Below are positions 19,037 through 29,519 of a DNA stretch of 64,000 nt, in pieces (position 1 is the first letter of the stretch; the number at the start of each line of letters is the position of its first letter). This DNA comes from a virus. The notes beneath the pieces were generated by a model. The model was not told where the DNA came from, did not search any database, and saw nothing but the letters and a program-made list of their open reading frames with translations. The stretch lies in IMG/VR virus record IMGVR_UViG_3300003937_000247; one strand, written 5' to 3'. The translations under genes were made by a program, and so were the position numbers.

Positions 19037-20059
19037 ATGAGTAATGATTTTTTGAAAGACATAATTAAAGAAACTGGCAATGAATATGCTAGTTTAGCAA
19101 GTGAGGGACTGGACACAGGTGATGTTGATAGTTTTATTGACACAGGATCGTATGCTTTAAATGGTTTACTATCTGGTTCAATCTATGGAGGCTTGCCGTC
19201 AAATAAAATTACTGCTATCGCAGGTGAAGCTGCAACAGGTAAAACTTTCTTTGCATTAGGTATTATAAAACACTTCCTTGATAAGAACAAAGACGCAGGT
19301 GTAATTTACTTTGAGTCTGAAAGTGCATTAACAAAAGATTTAATTGAGGCTCGTGCTATTGATAGTAAAAGAATGGTTGTAGTGCCAGTTTCTACAGTAC
19401 AAGAGTTTAGACATCAATCAATCAAAGTGATTGACAAGTATATAGAACATAGTGAAGACAAAAGAAAACCATTGATGTTTGTATTAGATAGTTTAGGTAT
19501 GTTATCTACTACAAAAGAAATGGAAGATACTGCTGAAGGTAAAGAAACTAGAGATATGACAAGGTCTCAAATTGTTAAGGCTGCATTTAGAGTTTTAACA
19601 TTGAAATTAGGTAAGGCAAAAGTGCCAATGATTATGACCAACCACACTTATGATGTGATTGGTTCAATGTTTCCACAAAAAGAAATGGGCGGTGGTTCAG
19701 GTTTGAAATACGCTGCTAGTAATATTGTATACCTATCTAAAAGAAAAGAAAAAGATGGTAAAGAGATTATAGGTAATATAATACATTGTAAGAATTATAA
19801 GTCAAGGCTGACAAAAGAAAACGCTAAGATTGATGTAAGATTAACTTACGACAAAGGTTTAGATAAACATTATGGTTTATTAGACCTGGCAATTAAACAC
19901 GGTATATTTAAATCAGTATCAACAAGAGTAGAATTACCAGACGGAAGTAAACAGTATGCTAAAACAATCAATAATGAACCTGACAAATTCTTTACTAAAG
20001 AGATTCTCGCTAAGATTGACCAAGCAGCCAAAAAAGAGTTTCTCTATGGCACAGAATAA
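19037..20059 (+). CDS. uvsX: RecA-like recombinase
   Basis: [33 protein letters not shown]. Confidence 0.95.
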   Translation: MSNDFLKDIIKETGNEYASLASEGLDTGDVDSFIDTGSYALNGLLSGSIYGGLPSNKITAIAGEAATGKTFFALGIIKHFLDKNKDAGVIYFESESALTKDLIEARAIDSKRMVVVPVSTVQEFRHQSIKVIDKYIEHSEDKRKPLMFVLDSLGMLSTTKEMEDTAEGKETRDMTRSQIVKAAFRVLTLKLGKAKVPMIMTNHTYDVIGSMFPQKEMGGGSGLKYAASNIVYLSKRKEKDGKEIIGNIIHCKNYKSRLTKENAKIDVRLTYDKGLDKHYGLLDLAIKHGIFKSVSTRVELPDGSKQYAKTINNEPDKFFTKEILAKIDQAAKKEFLYGTE

Positions 20060-20336
20060 AAGATACGTCTTTGCTCAAAGAGATGTTGACGATTATAGTT
20101 GTATAAAGATTGTAGAAGGACAATATCAGGATATCATATACACATATGGGCACGTAAAATTTGCCTCCGAGGAAAATGACCAAGGTCAGTTACCTTTAAA
20201 ATTTGATTATGATATAAAGAAAAATCCTAACAATGTTGACACCACAAGTATTGATTTTAGAAATTACATTGGTGATATATTAATAGAAGTAGTTGAGAAA
20301 CAATTGGAAAATGGAACAATTAGATTTGACAAATAA
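20046..20336 (+). CDS. gp40-like conserved protein (head vertex assembly chaperone position)
   Basis: Likely start at ATG 20046; lies between uvsX and gp41 as in T4. Confidence 0.5.
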   Translation: MAQNKRYVFAQRDVDDYSCIKIVEGQYQDIIYTYGHVKFASEENDQGQLPLKFDYDIKKNPNNVDTTSIDFRNYIGDILIEVVEKQLENGTIRFDK

Positions 20337-20877
20337 GTATATAAAAACTTATGATAATGTTTTGACAAAAGAAAACTGTCAGCATTTAATAGATAAATTT
20401 GAAGACTCATCCTCACAATGGGTTAAAACAGATTTAGATAACCATAGACATTTTACAGAAATCAATTTAAATTTACACAAGGATTGGCAAGACTATGCTA
20501 AATTATTATTTGATAAGTGTAGATCACTTGTTGACAAATATACAAAAGATGTTAAAATAGATAATGTAAAACAATGGCCAGAAACTTTTGGCTTTGAACA
20601 GATAAGATTTAAGAAATACGAAGACAATGATAAAGATGAGTTTAAACAACACGTTGATGTTACAGATTACAATAGTGCTAGGAGATTTTTAGTTATATTT
20701 TTATATTTAAATGATAATGATGGCGGCGAAACAACATTTGCAGATTATGATATTAGAGTTAAACCACAAGCTGGTAAGGCTCTTTTGTTTCCCCCATTGT
20801 GGACTTACCAACACACAGGTGAAAAACCAAAAAATAAACCAAAGTATATTGTAGGAACTTATCTCCATTATGTCTGA
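20311..20877 (+). CDS. 2OG-Fe(II) oxygenase (prolyl-4-hydroxylase-like)
   Basis: HVD, YLND...GGET, FPP.W.Y.H.G, KY. Confidence 0.9.
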   Translation: MEQLDLTNKYIKTYDNVLTKENCQHLIDKFEDSSSQWVKTDLDNHRHFTEINLNLHKDWQDYAKLLFDKCRSLVDKYTKDVKIDNVKQWPETFGFEQIRFKKYEDNDKDEFKQHVDVTDYNSARRFLVIFLYLNDNDGGETTFADYDIRVKPQAGKALLFPPLWTYQHTGEKPKNKPKYIVGTYLHYV

Positions 20878-22261
20878 TCAATTTGAAAAAACACTTTTAT
20901 CCAATCTAATATTCAACGAAGATTTTACTCGTAAAGTTATTCCTTTTCTAAAGGAAGATTTCTTTAAAGATAGGGATCAAGTAACTTTATTTAACATCAT
21001 TAATACCTTTGTTATAAAATATAATAATCTTCCTACAAAAGAAGCCATATCAGTTGAGCTATCTAATAACAAAACACTTACCGAAGACGAATTTAAAAAT
21101 ACAAATCAATTATTAAACAGTTTAACATATGACGAAGTTGAACAACAATGGTTGTTAGATACAACTGAAAGATGGTGTAAAGATCGTGCTGTTTATAATG
21201 CTGTACTCAAAGGTATAAAAATTATAGATGGTAAAGATAAGAAACATACACCAGAAGCAATACCAACTATATTATCAGAAGCACTTGGTGTTTCATTTGA
21301 TTCACACATAGGACACGATTATTTAAAACAAACAGAAGACCGATTTGAATATTACCATAGAACTGAAGAAAGATTAAAATTTGATTTAAGTTATTTTAAT
21401 AGAATTACAAAGGGTGGCTTACCACCAAAAACTTTAAACGTAGCACTTGCAGGCACAGGTGTAGGTAAATCTTTGTTTATGTGCCATCTGGCTGCGTCTA
21501 TGATAAGTCAAGGTAAGAATGTATTGTACATTACTTTAGAGATGGCTGAAGAAAGAATTGCTGAAAGAATAGACGCCAACTTATTAGATGTAACCATTGA
21601 TGACCTTTATGAAATGCCTAAAGCGATTTATGATAATAAAGTTTCTAAACTTCAAAACAAAATAAATGGTCAACTTATTATAAAAGAATACCCTACTGCT
21701 GCTGCTCATAGTGGTCATTTTAAAAATTTACTTGATGAACTTGCATTAAAGAAATCATTTAAACCAGATGTATTGTTTATAGATTATTTAAATATATGTT
21801 CAAGTAGTAGATTTAAAGGTGGAAACATATCATCATATTTTTATGTTAAGGCAATCGCTGAAGAATTAAGAGGCCTTGCAGTACAATATAATGTACCAAT
21901 AATGTCTGCTACACAAACAACAAGAACTGGTTATATGTCAAGTGATGTGGGGTTAGAGGATACTTCAGAAAGTTTTGGTCTTCCTGCAACAGCAGACTTT
22001 ATGTTTGCTCTTATATCAAATGAAGAATTAGAAGAACTTAATCAGATGAAAGTTAAACAATTAAAAAATAGATACAATGATCCTGCAATCAATAGAGCAT
22101 TTATCATAGGTGTTGATAGAGCTAAAATGAGATTGTATGATGTAGAACAAACAGCACAACAGATTGTAGATAGTAATCAGGAATCAAAAGAGAATATAGA
22201 GAAACCATCAGGTCCACAACCTGCTGAAGCGTATGATAAATTTTCAGATTTTAAAGTATGA
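20870..22261 (+). CDS. gp41: replicative DNA helicase
   Basis: AGTGVGKS, TLEMAEE, IDYLNI, SATQTTR, SESFGLPATAD, KNRY. Confidence 0.97.
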   Translation: MSDQFEKTLLSNLIFNEDFTRKVIPFLKEDFFKDRDQVTLFNIINTFVIKYNNLPTKEAISVELSNNKTLTEDEFKNTNQLLNSLTYDEVEQQWLLDTTERWCKDRAVYNAVLKGIKIIDGKDKKHTPEAIPTILSEALGVSFDSHIGHDYLKQTEDRFEYYHRTEERLKFDLSYFNRITKGGLPPKTLNVALAGTGVGKSLFMCHLAASMISQGKNVLYITLEMAEERIAERIDANLLDVTIDDLYEMPKAIYDNKVSKLQNKINGQLIIKEYPTAAAHSGHFKNLLDELALKKSFKPDVLFIDYLNICSSSRFKGGNISSYFYVKAIAEELRGLAVQYNVPIMSATQTTRTGYMSSDVGLEDTSESFGLPATADFMFALISNEELEELNQMKVKQLKNRYNDPAINRAFIIGVDRAKMRLYDVEQTAQQIVDSNQESKENIEKPSGPQPAEAYDKFSDFKV

Positions 22262-22560
22262 TTAAAAAGATGAACAAACCTGCAAGAAAAAGAAAACCAT
22301 CCATCTATTATAAAACAGAAATGGTTAAAGTAAAAGGTGATATACTTTGGCGTGCTGTAGAAATGCCAAGTAAATTAGTTTTGAAAGAATCATTTTTTGA
22401 GGAAGATGTCAAACAACTTGTTAAGTTTCAGAACAAACACAAGACATTTGGTGTATTTGGATTTCCTAAATTTTTTGATATAAGAAAATCAGAGGAAATA
22501 ATACTAGATAATGGTAAATCTTCTTATAATCACCCACCATCCACAAGAGGTCGCAGATAG
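22258..22560 (+). CDS. hypothetical protein
   Basis: ORF coupled to gp41. Confidence 0.6.
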   Translation: MIKKMNKPARKRKPSIYYKTEMVKVKGDILWRAVEMPSKLVLKESFFEEDVKQLVKFQNKHKTFGVFGFPKFFDIRKSEEIILDNGKSSYNHPPSTRGRR

Positions 22561-22578
22561 ACATACATAAATATATGT

Positions 22579-23736
22579 ATGGCAGGTGCAATAGAAACAA
22601 AAAAACAAGAGAATGGCTCAAAGGTCGTATTTGAGTCTGTAATAGAAAAAGGACAGTTCCCAGCAACGTCTTTAATTGAAAAGGTATATCCCAATGTACC
22701 TGCAAAGTGGGTTGACACTTACAAACTCCAATCAACAGCCCTTAAAAAATATTTAGGTTATCATAAACATTTTGTTTATAGTAGAGATGAAGGTATAATG
22801 CCTTTCATTGAAAAACTAGCGAATAAAAAAATGGGTGTGTCTAAAAAGGATGCTTGGAATCCTATGGACATTATCATAGTTAAAAAACAAGCTGAAGCTA
22901 AGGTAATGAAACAGATTGAGAAGATAGCAGACACTAATGGTATGTTACCTAAAGATAAACTTATACAGTTAAATCTTTATATGAAAGACCTTTTACAAAA
23001 AAGAATTATGATACCTATTTCTCTTAAAGAGATAAAGGTAGGTGTAAGAGAAGCTCATATTGATGAATCTAATGTAGGTGCAAAGTCAAAAGGTGTAAGA
23101 TTTAGGTTAGTTCCTAAATCATTAACTTGTGATTTAGATGTAACCAAACCACCTCTATTAGATACAGGAGAGTTTGGTTTTAAAATGTTTGTAGATGATG
23201 AGATGGTCAAAGTGCAAGTAAGAAGTTTTAGATATAGTAAACCAAGCACAAGTGTACAAACAGATTTAACTCCTATAGGTCGTCAAAGTGGTGCCAAATT
23301 AGGTAAAGCAGCTGCTGACGCAATGGTTCAGTTTTTAACAAAAGCTAATTTACAAAGACCTCTATCACCAACACAAGATCCAATGATTGCAGTTGATGGT
23401 AAATTTACAAAAGCTCAAATAAATTTTTGGGATAAATTTTACAAAACTATAAAAGATGTTGCGATAGAAAAAGAGAAAGTAAATTGGGATGCACCAATAG
23501 ATTTAGGTAGTAAACGTGTTACCTTTCAAAGAATAATAGAATATTGTTTAGCAAATAAAGACAAAGATAGAAATGTTTTAGGTAGATTGTATTCAAAATT
23601 AGTAACATTAAGACATATAAAAATGTATCAAACTATAAGTCAGAAGAAAAAATTTAATGAATGGTTAAGTGTTCTATATTATGGTGCTAAAAAAGAGTTT
23701 TCAGATACAAACGGCCCTTTCATAAAGATATATTAA
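22579..23736 (+). CDS. putative PD-(D/E)xK nuclease-like protein
   Basis: QE...DAWNPMDI...PISLK pattern resembling the restriction-endonuclease fold. Confidence 0.45.
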   Translation: MAGAIETKKQENGSKVVFESVIEKGQFPATSLIEKVYPNVPAKWVDTYKLQSTALKKYLGYHKHFVYSRDEGIMPFIEKLANKKMGVSKKDAWNPMDIIIVKKQAEAKVMKQIEKIADTNGMLPKDKLIQLNLYMKDLLQKRIMIPISLKEIKVGVREAHIDESNVGAKSKGVRFRLVPKSLTCDLDVTKPPLLDTGEFGFKMFVDDEMVKVQVRSFRYSKPSTSVQTDLTPIGRQSGAKLGKAAADAMVQFLTKANLQRPLSPTQDPMIAVDGKFTKAQINFWDKFYKTIKDVAIEKEKVNWDAPIDLGSKRVTFQRIIEYCLANKDKDRNVLGRLYSKLVTLRHIKMYQTISQKKKFNEWLSVLYYGAKKEFSDTNGPFIKIY

Positions 23737-23817
23737 TATAAATAGTCAAGTAAGTAGTGATTTATTAATGGAACTAGTGGATTTTCGCTTGACTAAAAGC
23801 GTCAAATTTGTTATAAT
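23737..23817 (+). promoter_or_regulatory. tandem late (TATAAATA 23737) and sigma70 (ttgact 23789-17-tataat 23812) promoters
   Basis: Both consensus elements present upstream of 23836. Confidence 0.7.
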
Positions 23818-23835
23818 GGACATAGTGGGAGACAA

Positions 23836-25059
23836 ATGTATAGTTTTAAACAATATTTAAATGAGGCAAAGAACACTCATTTAGAACATTTAGAAGACGA
23901 AATAATTAATAACGGTTACGAAGGTGGCCTTAACGCAGTAGAATTTCTTAAATCATTAAGAAATATGCTGACAGGATCATCACGTAAACGTTTAAATGTA
24001 TCTGTTAAATGGGATGGAGCACCAGCAGTATTCTGTGGTATCAATCCTGAAAACGGAAAGTTCTTTGTTGGATCAAAATCTGTATTCAACGTCACTCCTA
24101 AAATCAATTACACACAAGCAGACATAAGAAGAAATCACGGTGGTGGTTTAGCAAAAAAATTAGCAATCTGTTTAAAAGAATTGCCGAAACTTAATATAAG
24201 TGGTGTTGTACAAGGCGACTTGTTATTTACACCTGGTGATATTAAGTCGGTATCTATAAGAGGTGAGGATGCTATTGCATTTACACCTAATACTATAACA
24301 TATGCCGTCCCAGAAAATACTGACCTTGCCAGAAGAATTACAAGAGCTAAATTAGGTATCATTTTTCACACTACTTACACAGGAAGAAAAATGGCAGACT
24401 TAAAAGCAGGCTTTGGCGTCAATGTAAAACGATTAGCAAAGACGCCATCAGTATTTTTTGATGACGCAAGTTATAAAGACTCATCTGGTGTTGCTACATT
24501 TACAACTGCTGAAAGCGCTCAGTATGATGGTATGTTAAGAATGGCAATGGGATCAATATCAAAAGGTAAAAGAATTTTAGATTTATTAAAAAGACAAACC
24601 AATATATTATCAGTTGGTGCAAGATTAAAAATATATTTTAACACAATGATTAGACAAGGTCAATCAGTTAGTAATGTTAAAAGATTACAAGCAGATTTTA
24701 GAAAATATTATGCTTCAGTTTTAGATGATGAAATGTCTAAAAGAAAAACAGATACAGCTAAAAGAAAATACAAAGCAATAAGAGATGATGGTTTAAAATT
24801 TATTGATAGATATGATAATGAAATTTACTTTGCAATTGCAAGTTATGTTACCTTACAAAGAGCTAAAACTTTTCTTGTAAGTAAGATGAATCAAATAAAA
24901 TCTATTGGTACATTTTTACAAAAAGGCAATGGGTTTGTAGTAACAAATCCTGAAGGTTATGTTGCTGTTGATAGAATGGGTAACGCAGTAAAATTAGTAG
25001 ATAGACTAGAGTTTAGTACCGCAAACTTTACTTTAGCAAAAAATTGGGTAAAAGGATAA
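23836..25059 (+). CDS. conserved T4-like protein (DUF6267-like) with ATP-dependent ligase-type motifs
   Basis: KNTHLEHLED; VKWDG (motif I-like), QGDLL (III-like), EGYV (IV-like), VKLV (V-like); N-terminus MYSFKQYLNE. Confidence 0.65.
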   Translation: MYSFKQYLNEAKNTHLEHLEDEIINNGYEGGLNAVEFLKSLRNMLTGSSRKRLNVSVKWDGAPAVFCGINPENGKFFVGSKSVFNVTPKINYTQADIRRNHGGGLAKKLAICLKELPKLNISGVVQGDLLFTPGDIKSVSIRGEDAIAFTPNTITYAVPENTDLARRITRAKLGIIFHTTYTGRKMADLKAGFGVNVKRLAKTPSVFFDDASYKDSSGVATFTTAESAQYDGMLRMAMGSISKGKRILDLLKRQTNILSVGARLKIYFNTMIRQGQSVSNVKRLQADFRKYYASVLDDEMSKRKTDTAKRKYKAIRDDGLKFIDRYDNEIYFAIASYVTLQRAKTFLVSKMNQIKSIGTFLQKGNGFVVTNPEGYVAVDRMGNAVKLVDRLEFSTANFTLAKNWVKG

Positions 25060-25433
25060 TGAATAAACAATACGCTTATTTTCTTTTGAAAAAAAAGAGA
25101 ATGCAAAAGAAAAGAAAACCAAGAAAGAGAAAGAAATGATAACGTCTATAAAAAAATTATATAATTGGAAGATTAATCTAATCAGAAAGTATCCTGTTTG
25201 GTGTGCTTATGGTGCTTGGGTTGAAGGATTCCTAATAGCATTGCTAATAGTATGGATATGGTAAAATGATTACTGTAGAAAAAAGATATAAGGATTCAAA
25301 TGACAAATGGGAATTTGATATGATTTATGTTGATGGTATGGAAGGCGGGAAACAAAGAGAAGAAGACCTTGCTAAACAAATGGAAGATAAAGATAGTGAA
25401 AGTCATTTTGAATATAGAGTAGAACGTAAATGA
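25059..25433 (+). CDS. three short coupled ORFs (basic peptide 25059-25139, membrane peptide 25136-25264, acidic peptide 25266-25433)
   Basis: Manual translation; overlapping or adjacent start/stop codons. Confidence 0.45.
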
Positions 25434-26011
25434 AAGGTTTTAGAGATTTTATATTTGAACAAATAGGTCGTATGAGAATTGTGATGTTAGGTGGACCAGG
25501 TTCAGGTAAATCTACTTATGCAGAATATTTAATTAAACACTTTGATATAACACATATTTACCCAGGTGATATGTTAAGAAAAGAAATGGAAAAAAAGAGT
25601 GAAATAGGAAAAGAAATAAAAGATTTAATGGCAAAAGGTAAGTTTGCTCCTAATGATATTGTTTTAGAATTAATAAAAAAGAAAGTTGATCAATCACCTA
25701 AAGGTTATGTGTTTGATGGATGGCCAAGATATATGGAACAAGTTAATGATATGCTAAAGGCACAAATAGGTTACGACCGTGCAGTATTTTTGAACGTAAG
25801 TAAAGAGGAAGTTATGAAAAGATTGTTAGCAAGAGGTCGTGCTGATGATACAGTTGATATTATTAATGATAGAATTGCTTTATATAAAAAAGAAACAGGT
25901 CCTGTTGTTGAATACTTTAGAAAGCAACCAGGATTTATTGAAATAAAAGCAGAGGGTGGCACACCTAAAGAAACGGCCAACGAAATTATAAACAGAATAG
26001 AAGGAGAATAA
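25430..26011 (+). CDS. adk: adenylate kinase
   Basis: GGPGSGKST, GDMLR, FDGWPR, RGRADD (short LID). Confidence 0.92.
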   Translation: MKGFRDFIFEQIGRMRIVMLGGPGSGKSTYAEYLIKHFDITHIYPGDMLRKEMEKKSEIGKEIKDLMAKGKFAPNDIVLELIKKKVDQSPKGYVFDGWPRYMEQVNDMLKAQIGYDRAVFLNVSKEEVMKRLLARGRADDTVDIINDRIALYKKETGPVVEYFRKQPGFIEIKAEGGTPKETANEIINRIEGE

Positions 26012-26173
26012 AATGGGATTTTTTACAGGCTTATGGAAAGATTGGGGTAAAGGTAAACAAGCTGGACCCAAAACAAACAAAGTAGCAAAACCAAAATTAA
26101 AGAAAGTTAATACTAGAAAGAAAAAAAAATATCCAAAGAGGATAGAAACATCATTATCAGGATAAGGAAAAAA

Positions 26174-26362
26174 ATGATAAAGAAAAACGGCACATTTAAA
26201 ACTATATTACTATGGGTAAATACTTTTGCAATATTATTCATATTGTATAAGTTATATGTCACAGAGCAGGATATAATGTCTTTATGGTTACAATTAGGTG
26301 ATCAATCAGATTTATATCACAAGCTTATGAACTGGCTTAACCCGCCAGGAGAAACCCTATGA
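26174..26362 (+). CDS. small membrane protein
   Basis: One hydrophobic helix. Confidence 0.5.
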   Translation: MIKKNGTFKTILLWVNTFAILFILYKLYVTEQDIMSLWLQLGDQSDLYHKLMNWLNPPGETL

Positions 26363-27045
26363 GATTAAAAAGTTTTATGCAAAATATATCTGAAGGTTTA
26401 TATGACCCAGGTATATTTAAAGCATTCTTCTTAGCAGGAGGTCCTGGGTCTGGCAAATCATTTGTAACTTCAAGTGCATTTTCAGGCACAGGATTAAAAC
26501 TAGTTAATTCAGATAACAAATTTGAAAGAGATTTAAAGAAGGCTGGTATGTCATTAAAAATGCCAGATGATGAAGAATATTTTAGAAATATTATTAGAAC
26601 ACACGCAAAGAAATTTGCTGTTACACAATTAGACCAATACATTAAAGGTAGATTAGGTTTAGTTATTGATAGTACAGGTAGAGATTATGATGGTATTGCT
26701 AGAAACGCTAGTATGCTTAGACAATTAGGTTATGATTGTTATATGGTATTTGTTAACTCAACTTTAGAAGTTGCTTTAGCAAGAAATGCTAGACGTGAAA
26801 GAACTATACCAGAATACATTACAAAATCTAGTTGGCAAACTGTACAAAGTAATATGGGGAGATTTCAAAATTTATTTGGCCAAGGTAATTTTTTAGTAGT
26901 TGATAATAATAGATCAGATTTAGAATTAACAACCGTTATAATGAATAGAGTAAGAAAGGAAGTTAATAAATATATGAGGGCGCCTATCTCTAGTTATATA
27001 GCAAAAAGATGGATGGCAGGTGAGAGAAAGGCCAAGAGAAGATAG
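26359..27045 (+). CDS. P-loop kinase (AAA_33/zeta-toxin/polynucleotide-kinase-like)
   Basis: LAGGPGSGKS, NSD, VIDST, ALARNARRER lid. Confidence 0.8.
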   Translation: MRLKSFMQNISEGLYDPGIFKAFFLAGGPGSGKSFVTSSAFSGTGLKLVNSDNKFERDLKKAGMSLKMPDDEEYFRNIIRTHAKKFAVTQLDQYIKGRLGLVIDSTGRDYDGIARNASMLRQLGYDCYMVFVNSTLEVALARNARRERTIPEYITKSSWQTVQSNMGRFQNLFGQGNFLVVDNNRSDLELTTVIMNRVRKEVNKYMRAPISSYIAKRWMAGERKAKRR

Positions 27046-27047
27046 AG

Positions 27048-29519
27048 ATGAGATTTAAAGAATTTATAAAAGAGTCTATAATAGACATACCTAGAAAGAC
27101 TTATGCTGGAGGAGTATTTGATAAAGCAGATACACCTAAACCTACAATAAAGCCTTCAGTAAAAAAACAAATATTAGACGGAATTAAAACGTTTGAAAAA
27201 TTTGGAAAAGTAGTTAAGTATACCTTAATAGGATCAATACTAACTAAACAATATAGAGATGACGCCGACCTTGATATCAATATACTATTTGACATCCCTG
27301 GTTCACAAGCAGAACAGGAAAAAGTCCACGATAGTATAAGAGAATATCAAGGAGAGATAAATGGTAAAGTAATACCAGGCACAAAACATCCTATCAACTA
27401 CTTTTCTATCATAGATCCTGCAACATTTAGTAAGGCTCGGGACATGGCTGATGGTACTTTTGATATTGACACTAACAAGTGGATCAGAAGACCAGAACCT
27501 GGTAAATTTGAGCCAGAAAAATACGTTGCGGATTTTCAGAAACACGTTTCTGAAATAGATGTTGTTAAAGGTGAATTGGTGAGGGATATGATTGATTATG
27601 AGGAACTAAAGAGTTTGACGAGCTCCGAAATTGATAACTTGTCAAAATTAGTATCCGAAAAGTTAGATGAAATTAAAGATTCTATTAACACGTTAATTGA
27701 TATTGGCGCTAAGACAATTGCAAACCGAAAGGCTGCTTTTGATAAAGATATGTCGCCAGACGAAATCAGAAAGTTCGGTGTGAAGAATCGACTTCCGAAA
27801 AATGTGATTTATAAAATGTTAGAAAAGTATCATTATCTCAAATTTTTCAAAAAGTTGAACGAGATTATGGAAGACGGTAAAATTACACCAGATGAACTGA
27901 AATCACTATCAAAAATAAAGGAAGCGGCTGGGGGTAGATCAATAGCATTTACCTTTGGTCGCTTTAATCCACCTACAATAGGACACGAAAAACTTATTAA
28001 CAAAGTGGCACAACAAAGAACAGATGATTACAAAATTTATTTAAGTAAAACTGAAGACACATCTAAAAATCCACTATCACATAGAATTAAATTAGCAACT
28101 ATGAAACAAATGTTTCCTAGACACGCTAGAAATATGTTAGTCAATTCATCTAATATGATTTTAGATATTGCAACTGATTTATATAAACGAGGTTATTCAG
28201 ACATAACAATGGTTGTTGGTAGTGATAGAGTAAGAGAATTTGATACTATCTTAAAAAAATATAACGGCGTTAAGAGCCGTCATGGTCTATATGACTTTGA
28301 TAGTATAAATGTGGCGTCAGCAGGAGAAAGAGATCCAGACGCTGAAGGTGCCACAGGTATGAGTGCTAGTAAAATGAGAATGGCTGCAAAAGAAAAAGAC
28401 TTAACATTATTTAAAAGAGGTCTGCCATCCAATTTTGCTAGAACTAAAAATGCACAAGACCTTTTTAGAAACGTAAGAAAAGGAATGATGTTAACCTCAA
28501 GTATGGACTACACAACTTTAGGTGCATTTAAATTTAAGCCATTTATAACTGCCTCTACAAAAGAGGAGTTAGAAAAGATGACATTAAGGGACAAATATAT
28601 TTCTGAACATTTATATGATGTAGGAGATATAGTTGATGATATAGAGAGTAATATAACTGGTGTTATCATAAGAAGAGGAACAAACTATGTAACTTTAGAA
28701 GATGTTGATATGAAGTTACACAAAGCTTGGTTGTATAATATAATGGAAACTCCTGTTTATCCTACTAGTTTAGAGGAAAGAGCAAAGAAGTTGAAAGAAG
28801 AAAAAGACCAACCGAAAGATAAAGGATTAAAAGATTCAAACGAACTTGTAGGGTTTAAAGTACAAACTAAAGCAAGTAAAACCAAACGATTTAAAGAAAT
28901 TTATAAAGAATTAAAGACAAAAAAAGGTGAGTCAGAACCTGAAAAAAGAGGTAATGAATTTCAAGCAGATGTAGGTGGACCACTAGCGTCCCTAAATGCA
29001 CCACAAGAGGCATACGAAATAGGCCACGATTGGGCAAAATATACATCTTCAATTACCCCAGGTGAGAAGAATTATAATCCTAAATTTCAAGGTGGTCCTT
29101 ATAAACCAAGTAAACATAGTGATAATTTAATCAACGTTAACGCAGGTAAGGATATAAAACCAATGAATAAGAAAGTTGAACTAAAAGATATAGAGGAATG
29201 GGCAAGTAACGCACAAACAATAGATAAATATAAGGAAAGATATGGGGAAGAGTGGAAATCAAAAATAGAAGAAACATACAATAAAATGTTTAATAAAGTG
29301 ATTGACACCAGCAAAAATATGCAAGAAGGAAGAATGAAAGACATCGCTATTGACCTTAAATCTAAGGAAGAAGGCGGGTTAGATCCAGAAACATTTAAAA
29401 GAAAATATGCTAAATCTAAAGCCGATATGGAGAGAGATTTAGGGGGACAACCTAGTGTCATTAAGAAATCATTTAAAGAATTTTGGGCACAATCGGAGAC
29501 TAAAAATGAGCAAGTATAA
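27048..29519 (+). CDS. multidomain protein: Pol-beta-type nucleotidyltransferase fused to HIGH-class cytidylyl/adenylyltransferase
   Basis: IGS...DADLDI (NTase); FTFGRFNPPTIGHEKL, VGSDR, MSASKMR (cytidyltransferase). Confidence 0.8.
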   Translation: MRFKEFIKESIIDIPRKTYAGGVFDKADTPKPTIKPSVKKQILDGIKTFEKFGKVVKYTLIGSILTKQYRDDADLDINILFDIPGSQAEQEKVHDSIREYQGEINGKVIPGTKHPINYFSIIDPATFSKARDMADGTFDIDTNKWIRRPEPGKFEPEKYVADFQKHVSEIDVVKGELVRDMIDYEELKSLTSSEIDNLSKLVSEKLDEIKDSINTLIDIGAKTIANRKAAFDKDMSPDEIRKFGVKNRLPKNVIYKMLEKYHYLKFFKKLNEIMEDGKITPDELKSLSKIKEAAGGRSIAFTFGRFNPPTIGHEKLINKVAQQRTDDYKIYLSKTEDTSKNPLSHRIKLATMKQMFPRHARNMLVNSSNMILDIATDLYKRGYSDITMVVGSDRVREFDTILKKYNGVKSRHGLYDFDSINVASAGERDPDAEGATGMSASKMRMAAKEKDLTLFKRGLPSNFARTKNAQDLFRNVRKGMMLTSSMDYTTLGAFKFKPFITASTKEELEKMTLRDKYISEHLYDVGDIVDDIESNITGVIIRRGTNYVTLEDVDMKLHKAWLYNIMETPVYPTSLEERAKKLKEEKDQPKDKGLKDSNELVGFKVQTKASKTKRFKEIYKELKTKKGESEPEKRGNEFQADVGGPLASLNAPQEAYEIGHDWAKYTSSITPGEKNYNPKFQGGPYKPSKHSDNLINVNAGKDIKPMNKKVELKDIEEWASNAQTIDKYKERYGEEWKSKIEETYNKMFNKVIDTSKNMQEGRMKDIAIDLKSKEEGGLDPETFKRKYAKSKADMERDLGGQPSVIKKSFKEFWAQSETKNEQV

